From assembly GCA_001687465.1 (NCBI GenBank), contig LVLI01000950.1:1-42273 (forward strand): DNA of 42,273 bases. The letters run 5' to 3'. The notes beneath the pieces are model-generated. The model ran no database searches. It was given only the letters and a program-made list of their open reading frames with translations, and was not told the origin of the DNA. Source of the stretch: Halocafeteria seosinensis. Taxonomy: Eukaryota. Shown piece by piece: positions 10,858 through 22,000 of the stretch. Position numbers and translations under genes: made by a program. The first letter of the stretch is position 1. Every line of letters starts with the position of its first letter.

Positions 10858-13800
10858 GTGCCGACCTGGTCTTGTAGACTCCAGTTCAGTTCAGGGCGAT
10901 CGTTCTTTGTTATAATATCTTTGTAACTTAGTTCGGGACTCATCCTCAGAGACACCGAGAAAGAGTTGTTCGTAGTGTCTTGGGAGAAGGCTTGGAGCTC
11001 GCGTACCATCGCAGGATCCGCTCGTGGCGGCAATGCGAACTCAATGATCTTCTGTGCCCCCTCGGAATTCGTACTCCTGAAGTGCCGCTGCATAAGCTTA
11101 CCATAAAAGGAGCGTAGCCGCAATCTTCTTGTTTCATACTTGAACATAGCCTTTAGGTTCTCGTCCTCTTTGGTCAAGTTCTCCTCAAAGGTACTGATTG
11201 GATGACTTGACACTCCAACAGGCGTGCGGGATTCGTAGTGGTCCTCATTCTCATCGTTCGATTTTTCAGGAGAGAACATGTCTTCCCGTCTACGTCGGTG
11301 TGCTTTCTTCTGATGCGTTGGTTTAGTTCCACCGCTTAAGCCTAGCTGAACCTTCATCCTTCTGGTAGCTAGTTTTGCTGCATTAATAGTTGATTGACGG
11401 AAGAAATCTGATCCATCCAATGACGTTCTCCGTGTTGAGTACAGGCCACTAGATAGTTCTTTAGCTTTCATGTCCAACGCTAAGGCATGGTTTTCCGCTC
11501 GTTGCATTTCACTCTCTATTTCCCGATCAATGTCAATGAGCGAAGCTGAGGTTCGAAGGAACACATTTCCAGCATTGTCGTTGCGCACGAGTTCCTGGAT
11601 TGCTGCGTCTTGCCTCCGCCGCAAGTCCTGCGCATTTGCAGGATCATCGGTCTCCTGAATAGTCTTTGCTTCCTCCAACAAGTTGCTTATACTTTCATGA
11701 GTGGCGATCTTCCCGGGTAGGTTCAGACTTGTGTTGGCAAAGGGTTGAACGTAACCCTTTGGACGGAAACCAACGGAAGACCGCCTTCTTCCATCTGCGA
11801 CTAAACCGAGACTAAAGCTTCTTTGGGACTGCCTTGAAATAGTCCGAAAAAGACTCTCTGAGTCAGCAAGCTGCTGATACCTTGTTTCGCACAATGTTTT
11901 AGCAAACTTTTCGCCCGAGGCTACATCTTTGTAGTGTCTCGCTGCACCACTTCTACTGCGAGTGCTTCGCTGCAGCTGTCGGTTGGCATTGTAACTGAGC
12001 TCTGCCGCTTCTTTCAGGAGACGGTCCAACCTGATCGAGTCTGTCGTATTTCCAACTTTTCCAAGGTGGGTACGATTACCACTCTCCCTTTCCTCTGTGA
12101 ATTTCTTTCTGTGTCCTTCTTTCTTCGGTTCTTCCTTCGTTCCTGTCAGCAGCCGGATGGTAAAAACTCCCCTCCATTCTACTTTATATGATCCGCTCAC
12201 AAAATCTGAATGCGTCTGTAAATGCAACGGAGCTCCTGCGGAGGAGGATGAACTTTCCTCCTTCGGATTCAACGCAGCGACGTAGAACCAATCTTGCTCC
12301 AAATATATTTTACTAAAGTTTCTCAAGGGTCTACCCGTTAATACGTCCTCTCTATCACTTATTCCCAAAGCCTCTGCAAGATTGCCAGGGGGCTTCCTGG
12401 TAGTTCCTGTTTGCTCCGGCTGCGTCTCGTATACCTCCTCAAGTGCCTTCAGTCGTGTTGGAACGTCTTTTCCGTGGATCCTTGCATTTCTTGTAACTTT
12501 TTCTGTAAATTCTTCTCCAAGCTTTTGGTCTGCTTGGATTTGCTCAGCCTCGTTACCTGTGGATCCACCGGACTTTTTCCAGTCCCAACGATTACTTCCA
12601 CTAGTCAGCACCGAAACCCCACTCCGAATACTCATTTTCGACGCTTTCTCAAAACTGGAAAAGGTATAACCTTGAGAAGGTCTATAGGATGCAGCTCGTC
12701 TGGACTCTCTTTTCTCCTTTTCAGCGGTCTCGAGCATCTTTGCCAAATGTTCTTTCATTTCCTTCTCTCTCTCCCAAGTCGGACCAAACATCGCGTCCGC
12801 TCGTCTTTGTTCGGCCCCTCGCCCTCCAATGACAAGTCTCCGGGAGGCGTATTCCTGCGGCACACCTCGCCATTGTTTTTCTTACGATTATACTGGATGT
12901 TAATGAGAGACTCACCTTATACGCTGTCTGCACTCTCCATTTCCCGCATATGCATGGCTGAGTGTTTCTCATTTCTCGCAGCACATCATAACCAGGATCC
13001 CCTTTTTGATATACACCTGCAGGCATGTTTGCGAAATACCTTTCGAGCAACAGTTTAGTCTGCAACTAAACTTACCTGTCTCATTATTAGAGGTAGCTGG
13101 TCCAACAATGTATGCCTCTGCTTCCGAAGGATTGTGCGCAGCAATGGGTCGAGGTACTCCCACCTCCTCTCCCACGAGATCAAGAGGATTTATACGCGAT
13201 TTAGATCTTTCTATGCTGGCATTGAATCCCAAAAGCTGTTCGATTTCTGCATTCTCTCGATGATGAACGGTGTCGGCCGGAGATGCGTCTTCGACTGGTT
13301 TCTTAGTTGCTTCTCTAGAAGACCCTCTTGAAAATTTCTTTCTTGAGTTCTGGACGGTTTGTGGTCGAACCTCTTCATTTAATCCAGCAAAACTCTTGTG
13401 AATGTGGAAATCATGAACCTCGCTACTCCAGCGTCTCCGCTGTTTTGGCTCCCTCTCCGATGCGCGTTTGGGCACTGGCCACTCTTTTTTCCAGTCACTG
13501 AGACCACGGACTATTCCCGAACGGTGTCTCCCTTTCGAAATTGCGTCATCCAGTACAACAGTATCGTCCGAAAACTGGATTCCCCTGTGTATGTAGGATC
13601 CCAATACACTTCCTGACATCCATCCGTCGTCCCCTCTCCCTTCTACCACTTGAATCCAGACAGGTTCTCCATGTTTTATCGTACCGCTTCGGTCAGGATT
13701 GCTCAAGTCAATTAGTTTAAAAACAAAGAATGGAGGCTTTTTTACATGACCACCTCCTATGCTCCTCTCACGAAACGGCATTATGTTTCGCTCTTTCCAG

Positions 13801-14821
13801 CGTATTTCTGGGGCTTGGAGGGACACGGCTCCAGTGGAGCGGTCAACTGTTACAAAATTGCCGTCCAAAGATTGAAAAGACACGTTGCTTCCGAATTGCA
13901 CTTCCGCTTGATAGCTATCGCTGTAGCCTAAGGATCTCCCTTCCTTTACAGATTGTAGCTTCTTTCTCACTTTAGAAGCCAGATTCCATGCCACCTTGCT
14001 GCTACTAAGAGCCGCAGTCGATGCCTTAGTCTTTAACAGATATTCTTCTTTTTCCTTACGTCTGCGTTCAAGAAGAACCTTCAGGGCCTTCGCTTTCTTT
14101 GCTTGCCCTCCCGTTGATGCCAATATCTCCTGCACCTCTTCATCTTGTTCACTGAAGTTGTATGTCCCGCTAAAGTATGCTTTTTCTCCGGCAGGTTGCA
14201 TTGACTGCAGTGCAATGCCAAGTGCAATCGAGCTTTTCCGATCTTTCTTTTTCGGCCCGAGTCCAAGTGCCTTTCTTCTCTCGTCGGTGTACTCTTCAGG
14301 AGTAGCCTGTGGCCTGTGTCCGTGAAATGCATGCAAATACTGCTGGACATTATTCGAGAACTCTGTTCTGAGGACAGATGGGCGACATGTTTCGAAATCC
14401 TGGGACATTCCTGAGGGGCTTCCACCGGGAGAGGGAGTTCGCGATTCTCCATTGCTTGTGGTCTGAGAAATTGGGATAAAAACATTAGAGAAATGGTAGG
14501 TATGCGGATTCCGTTCTTACCGCATTGCTGTTTTCGTCGTTGCCAAAAGCAGATTCCACCGTGGGAAGCTTTCCACTTCTGGCATACAATCGTCTCTGTG
14601 AGCTTTTCTTTCTGTGTAAGGCACATGCCAAAGTTTTGTCGTTGCCGCGTGGAGTCATTTGACCGAGAGTGACAAAGTACTTACATTTGGTCCCATAACT
14701 CTTCATTGCGCACCGCTCTTATCTCATGCAACTTTCTCCGGCGTTGAGGGCTGATTTGCTCCGGATGATCCCGGGAGACATCGAAATGTGATTGCTGTGT
14801 TTCATCTTCCATCGTTGCCAT
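10854..14821 (-). CDS. Large hypothetical protein, mostly charged/low complexity with short beta-rich blocks
   Basis: ORFs 12969-14408 and 10854-12863 plus short exons join through GT-AG introns. Probable start MATMEDETQQSHF at 14821. No function recognised. Confidence 0.75.
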
Positions 14822-15088
14822 TGACTGCCAAACGGTCAGAGAGAGATTGTGCCCAGGTTGCTAGAATTTTACATACACTTCCCACACTACATTTCACAAA
14901 ATCCGACAAGAAGGCGGAAATGAAACGCTTGTAGCTCATTGATATGACTAGGACAATCCCAGTCATCCTTAAAATTGATGTACTGACGGATTTGTGCTCA
15001 TGAGTGCTTGTGAAGTGTTCAACTTTGGTGAAGTACAAAATCAAAATGAACGTTAAGCAGTCGCATTATTGTCACTATTCACCATTTT

Positions 15089-16950
15089 TTAAGGAGACAT
15101 AGAGTTTATCAGCTTGTACAGCGCATTTGCCTCTTTTATCCTAGAAAAATTAATGCAAAAGGCTTGAACTTCTAACATGAGGTCCGAAACATCTATAATC
15201 TTGTTCCTGAGAAGCGACTGCAGGAACACACAAACCAATCGAACTAGGCGCGTTTGCAAATAAGGGTCCTGAGTATTTTCACACGTGGAAATGCAATTGC
15301 TGATATACATGTGGAGGAACTCTTTGGGAACTTGTGCTTCGGCCGTCAATCGGTTCACAACTTCCATACTGTGAAGCGACATTTCCATATTGACAAGTGC
15401 AAGCAGGTAGTCATCAGCTTGCGAGGCCTTAAGAAGCTGCTGAAGGCAAGGGATGGTTGCCCATGGGTTATTTTCGACTAAATTTGGGAGACTCTCAGGA
15501 GGTACAGTCGCTTGGATTGTAGACACCGCCTCAGGCTCAAGAAGGGACTTCAGCTTCTCCAAGTAGTTCGGATCAAGAGGTTCCTTCAGCGCTTGCAACA
15601 ACAGTCTGCGAATCGTGTCTCGTTTATCTTCAAACGAGCCATTATCCCAAATAAGAGGAGCAGGCTCCAGGGGGAGCAACCAAGAATACTCGCTATCGTC
15701 CACAGCCAACAAAGGAGGGGTAGGTCTAGCAAACGGTGGACTGAATCCTTGAACATTCAACAGATCAGTTTGGTCTTCGTATAAAACTCCTTGTGCGGAA
15801 CTTCGCGGAGACTGGGACACTGACAAGGAATCTGTGCGCTGTAGGTCTGTTTCTCCATACCGTTCTGCATTCTCGTCTCTTATTATCTCCGCAGGATCGG
15901 TACTGGAGTGATAGGAGGGTATATTGTTAGCCTGTTTGGGATCTAAGGCCTTTTGTCCGGGTATTCCGAGGGTAGAAAGAAAAGCATAGTTGAGATTTGT
16001 TCGAGGCGAGGGAAGATCATCTACACCCAAAGGATACTCGGGCATACTACCCGTGAGTTGAGCACTTTTGGGTACATTCAGTGCGCGTCTTTTCGCTTCC
16101 TTTGTCCCGTCATCAATAAACGATGCCAGTTTAGCTACTGCAGTAGGTCCTACCGGGTCCAACACTATAGGGCGCACTTCGGAATCTTGCATAGCGGTAA
16201 GGCGCGGATAATTCTCACGCAGCCGCTTTTTAAAGGATTCCGTAGAAGGCAATTGGGCGCTTTCCTCGATTTGCTGCTCATATGCTTTAACAATCTCAGT
16301 TGTTGTACTCGAAGCAGCCTGTAATGTCGTCGTATGGAGGGGGTTTGGCATATGGAATTTTCAGACGTGGAGGGACGTCAAACTTACACTCAAGAATGCT
16401 TTCGCATTAGTCACTATATTGATCAAGTAGTACTTCTCAACTTGTGAAGAGTCTCTCTCCATACAGTCGATTACTGTTTTCCCAAAAGGGGTAACTTTAT
16501 TTGGCTCATTCGGGTCATTATATTGGTCCAGCAGGAGAAATAAAGCTACCAGTCTCTGCATGACGCAGAGGAAAACACCATCAAACTGAGGGAGATTCGC
16601 TCTTATCCTCACATCGACGCTAACATACCTGATGCGGGGTCAATAGGTTATCCTCTATAAGCAAGGCTAATGCACAACAGGGTCGAAATGTTGTCGCTTC
16701 CTTATCAAACGCCTTTCTGAAGGCCGTGGCAATCTCTCTGAGGGTCGTATTTCGTTCCTGAAAGCAGCATTCATGCAAGCGCATACGTCCATACAAAAGA
16801 AGAGGGAAGGTGCTGGATGAAAGTAAGCCTTACTTGGAGTATATGAAGCAATGTATGTAATTCTGTCTGGGAGAGAAGACCTCTCGGTTGAGATTGGGAG
16901 GAAGAGGATCCTGCAGCAGAGGCTGTCTGCTGCTCGTTACTCGTATCCAT
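15089..16950 (-). CDS. CNOT11: CCR4-NOT complex subunit 11 (C2orf29/DUF2363)
   Basis: C-terminal LPNLVENNP...MEMSLHSMEVVNRL...YISNCISTCE...QTRLVRLVCVFLQSLLRNKII...EVQAFCINFSRIKEANALYKLI is the CNOT11 signature. N-terminal exons (MDTSNEQQ..., ...HQ|RLVALFLL...) join through three introns. Confidence 0.95.
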
Positions 16951-17363
16951 GTCTCTACTAGTTCTCTATCGGCAACGCTTGCTGATAAACCAACATATAC
17001 AATCATATATCGTGTGTATGTGGGGTAAAAGCCCCACAAACCGGACAAACTTTTGTGACAGTTCGATGGTTTCCTTTCTTCAGACAATGAGACAACATAG
17101 ACACAGACTGATTCGATGGTGTGATTTGGGAAGAAATTATAAATTATTGTACCTGTGCAGAACCGAGTAACTGGCCCTCTTACAGCCGCTTGCAAGGATA
17201 TCCAAGATTGTTGATTGAAGCAAAGGGAGATACTTCAACTTCCATACAGCTCTGCATCTATTGTTGCTTTTGGAGTTTGTAGAGGCTACATTGTCGCTAT
17301 ACAGAGTCCCGGTAATTTCCTTCGATTCAAGTTCGCGTGTGTAAAGCGTCTATAGAAGAAAAA

Positions 17364-17729
17364 ATGGCGGAGCAAAGAAAACACGGGGAGCCTATCCAAG
17401 AGGAAGGAGGAGTTCCTTCAGCAGCTTTATTAGATGAAAGCAAGATACGTTCCATACCTAAAAAGGGTGGATCGGGCCAAGGAGACGGGGGATCGCGAGG
17501 AGAAGGCGACGGATCGGAACCTTCCGGAAATCGGCGCCATGGAGAACCGGTAGGCGAAGGAGGACCTCCTTCGGGAGCACTGTTGGACGAGAGCAAAATG
17601 CGCCCCATGCCCACCCAAGAACGCAATGAGGCACAAGGGGGCTCTCAAAGAAAGCATGGTGAGAAAACAGAGGAAGGCGTTCCCTCTGCAGCATTATTGG
17701 ATGAAAGCAAAATGCGCAAGATGGAGTAG
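17364..17729 (+). CDS. Small hydrophilic protein (121 aa) with three R[KR]HGE..G.PS[AG]ALLDESK[IM]R repeats
   Basis: Intronless ORF from the ATG in aaaATGg. The repeats are conserved as protein but differ at synonymous positions (CAC GGG GAG / CAT GGA GAA / CAT GGT GAG). Confidence 0.85.
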   Translation: MAEQRKHGEPIQEEGGVPSAALLDESKIRSIPKKGGSGQGDGGSRGEGDGSEPSGNRRHGEPVGEGGPPSGALLDESKMRPMPTQERNEAQGGSQRKHGEKTEEGVPSAALLDESKMRKME

Positions 17730-19027
17730 ATTCCCCTCTTCAGTAGTCCGGGGAACTGTACAACATTCTATGAGCTGAGTTGCGCAGTTTAGCGAACGGG
17801 GTTCTAGTAGCAGTACTACGGTATCTCCCCCTTCCTGTTTGCGGGAAGCTCCGATATCGGCGTGGCACCGGGGTTGTACTTTGCACACCTTAAGGTTGGT
17901 TGAATCCGGAACGTCCGACGGTCCTCCGTGGCTAGATAGCGTACATGTTTGTGTATTCTTGTTCTGGTTAGCTATATGGACGCTCTGTGCAAAGATTTAA
18001 TACCCAAGACAAAACGCTGCGGGCCAACTCCTACCAACTTGCTTGTGTGCGTATTTCCTTGCATAGATGTTCTCTGCAAACTCAAGTGAATGTACAATTA
18101 CCTCAAACTCTGGGATAGAGCTGAGTCATACTCTTGGCTATCTTGCCGTCCCAGGATGGCGGCAAGGTAGCTCAATCCAAAGCTTCAGCTGACTAGCAAA
18201 CTTGAAACTTGCCGATCAGACGAGAAGGCGGGCCACTGTCATTGGCAACGGCATGCCTATTGAGGTCACACTCTGGAAAGGCAGCCGGACTACAGGGGAG
18301 ATTGGGTAATGGTAGATTTGTTAGTTGGTTTGTCGCCAGTGTTGAAGGGGTGCTTGCTTGCGTGGTAGAGTCGTTCCACAACGCGGCGGAGTTAGCCTCG
18401 AAGCTGGGATCGCAGATTGCGACTCAGCACATTCTCCGCCTGCGCTGACGTACTTCCCCCCTCTCTTCAGTCATAGGCAAGAATGTGAATAGTTGCCAGT
18501 TATACTAGCTTCAATACAATGGATTACAAATGTTGATTTGCCATTGAGAGGCATCTCGATCAAAAGACTTCCGTAAACGGTGGGCTGACACACAACCACC
18601 AGTTCTCACTTAGGCAGGAAGCGCGCCAGCAGAGAAAAAGCTCCCCAACTGTAAGTCCAGCGGTGGTGTATCTTCCGCAAGGGAATGCGAGATATAGATA
18701 CGTCACAATTCTTCTGAATTTAGCTGCGTTTATTGTTTTCCTGCTTTAGGGGCATCCTGGTGAATGTAGTTGGTGGAGTTGGAGCCGAAGCTGTGTTCTT
18801 AAGAACGAAGCTCTCTCGGCCCATGTGAGTTAGAAGGTGTACGCAAATTCCTGAAGACTCCGTCATTGACACTCTCACTGTATTATGTAAAACATAGCTA
18901 GGAAGGTTGAAAACAGATATGTTCAAAAATTACGTGGTGTGCCGGGTTTTGTGGCTGCAGGCGACACGTCACAGTCGTCGCGCGCTTGAATCAAGTCCAC
19001 GCAGCTCTCTGTGCAAAAGCAAGAAAC

Positions 19028-22000
19028 ATGTCTCACAGCAAAAGATTGTCAGCCGGGATGCCCTCGGCAGTAGATGAAGAGGACGAAGAAACCACCCTTT
19101 CCACCGCATACTACCTTTCGGGAACGCGCATCGTGGACCGAATTCGCTCTGTTTCATTCCAGTTGCTGAACTTGATGACAGAAAACAAGAAAGTGAGCAC
19201 TTGGACGAAAGTGGCCGAAGTATTATTGTTGGTGGCCGATTGGCTGCAAGTTGTTGCCATCTTGCTTGCTCCTGTCTATGCTTGGGATGAGGAGACCTTT
19301 TCTTGGGTCAACAGTGTTTCACTGAGTGAACTGCTGCTTCCGCAGCGCACACAAGCCGTGTTCAATCTAGGTACGGCATTCCCGAGATGTTCAAAACGCA
19401 ATCTTGACATGCTGTAATAGTGCCTATTCCGTATGTTTCGCAGGCTACATCTTGGCTATAGGCCTATCTTGGCTGTGCTTGCTGAGTAAGTGGAGTTCTT
19501 TTCAACTCGTTAGCTTGAATTAAAATCAATGTGAGAATTTTTGCAGATGCTCTATATGTTTGTTACTCCATACTGGTGCGTAAACCGGTATAATATTGAA
19601 CGTGTAGGGTTTCTTTGCTGTATGGGTTATATTCATTACTGGGCTTCATGGGGCTGCAGAGGAACCAATATAAGCAAATATGGCCATTGAAACTTCTCAG
19701 GGTATTGGTAACTACGTTGGCAACGGCAGGTACGGAATTGCTTCATCAGATTTGTGTAGTGTATGTCTAGATAGAGCACGAGCGTGTTGATTCGTTCGTC
19801 TCCTCAGGGTTCATCCCGATAATGACGATGTTGGCAATGCCTTTTGACTGCGACGCGATGCAACAGTACTTTGATACGGACAATTGTCGCAGTTGGCCAC
19901 TAGTTCTGTACTTAGTTTTCTCAGTACTTGTGAGTGGCCTGAACGTGTCGAGATATGTTACCGCAACTGACCATGACAGTTTGCGTCCATAATCCAGACT
20001 TTGCTCCTGTTTACACCCTTCGCCCTGTTAATGGGGTTCGTTTACTTCGACGATAACCCTCTCTCCGGACTGCCTACTGCAAAGCCACTAGGAAGACTCG
20101 ATTTCTACGATACGTTTATGAGAGCTGCTATAGTCTTCCTCGTCATCATTTTTAAGAACCACACGTCATTACTAGCCGTCATCACATTCGGTTTGATGGT
20201 CGGACTGTTTTTGTTTACGAACATGACACTGCCCTACTACAGTATGAAGATGAACCAATTCCGCTCGGCATCTTATGGTTTGTTGGTTTGGCTGTCAGTT
20301 GGTTCCTTGGTGACAGGTGAGAAATGCTTTTAACCCGGTGAATTCCACTTGCACTACTACTCCTCTTACTTTGCATCACTGCAGCGAATATCTCTCTCGA
20401 CGGGAATGAGCTTAGAAACTGGTCAGTAACGTGGACGTCGTTGTCCATAGCTGCCTTCATTGGAGCCTATTTTACCCCTCTGATCCGATACAAATGGTTA
20501 GGAAAGCTGGCTCACCGTGTCGGTAATCAAGTTGTTTTTGACAAAGAAATGCGGCAAATGGGTATTGGGGAGGATATGATGACAGCACAGTCTCCCCATG
20601 ATCTGTACGAGAAGCGAAGGAAGTCAGTCAATAACACGCAATATCGGCTCTCGACGGATACACTACAGCACTTATTTGCTCCTCCATCACAGTCGAAGAT
20701 TCACAATGTTGAGAGTGAATCCGAGGAAGAAAAAGAATCTGAGGACCAGGATCGCGACTATACAGTTTATGACGTGATTGATGACGAAGGGAATGCCGTA
20801 AAACCGCGCGAACGCAGGAAGAGCCTCAGTGAGCGGCATCAGCCAGGAAAGATACCGTTAGCGGAATTGATTAAGAAGCATTATCTGTTCGAGTACGATA
20901 TTGAGATAATGGTCCGAAATCTGTTGTCAGAGCCCACACGAGAGAATTTCACGCAAGCAACTGTTATCCTCAACGCCGCTTTACGCGTCTATCCGGATAG
21001 TGTTTTTGTCCGAGTCGTTTACTCTTCTATTATTTTGACCTACGCGAGTAACAGCAACCGCGCTGTGTCCTTGCTTCAGCAGGCGATGAAACTTCCCGCT
21101 CCTTTCGATTTGAAATTTTTACTGTTTACCAAGATTCATGCATGGAATCAGATTCGCCAGAACCAGAACATGGGGACGGGAAAGGATATGGTATCGGTGA
21201 TACAGTTCAAGAAGCATTATGGGGAAGCGACTTCGCAGCATCGGGAGGTGATCAAGCAAATTTCAAAGTTCTGGTCCCTACTTCAAAGCGATACAGGACA
21301 GAGTGAATCACTTGCTAGTCTGGTCCGAAGGATCGCGGTGGCGCGGGATCAGGCGGAAAACGCTTACCTGGCACTCTTGGAGAAATATCCTTCCAATAAG
21401 ATGGTGTTGCGCAGTTACGGTCTATTTTGTTTGTACGTGAAAAATGAAGAGCAAATAGCGGAAATGTACCTCAAGAAGGCGAATGCAACTGGAAGTAGCG
21501 GAAGGCATGGGGATGGAGACAGTAGTACGCATGATGGTGATACAACCAGCTACGGAGGGGGCAGTTCTAGCATGGGAGGAAGTACGATGGCGGAAATGCG
21601 GAAGAGAGCCTCTAATAGGCGCATGGAAATTAAGCACGAAGAGTACGACTCTTTGAGGAAAATGAAGGTTGCTTTTTGGATTTGCATCGCTGTGCTTGTG
21701 GCAATGACCATCGGGATGTTTGTTGGCTCGACCGAGCTGTTGGATAGATACTTTAACAGTTTACCCTCTATTGAGAAAGCTGGAGCTCGGCGCACAGCGC
21801 TTATTGACATTTGGTATTACACCAGGCGAGTTCACTTGGCCGCAGTGAATGGTGACGATCAGTTGCTCATCCACAGTCGTCAAGAACTCTTGGACGCTGC
21901 GAGGCAACTGGATGAGAAACATCAGGATCTATATTGTAAGTAATTTACCAATTTTAAGAACGCGTTTCCTGGGCAGTATCCAATATTTTCACTTTTCTGA

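Noticed and set aside
17327..17694. Minus-strand ORFs showing repeats
   Set aside because: Antisense reflections of the + strand repeat gene; the synonymous variation fits the + frame.
18119..18200. H/ACA snoRNA, SRP RNA or RNase P/MRP call for the hairpin region
   Set aside because: No properly placed H or ACA box, SRP helix-8 motif or P4 consensus found by eye.
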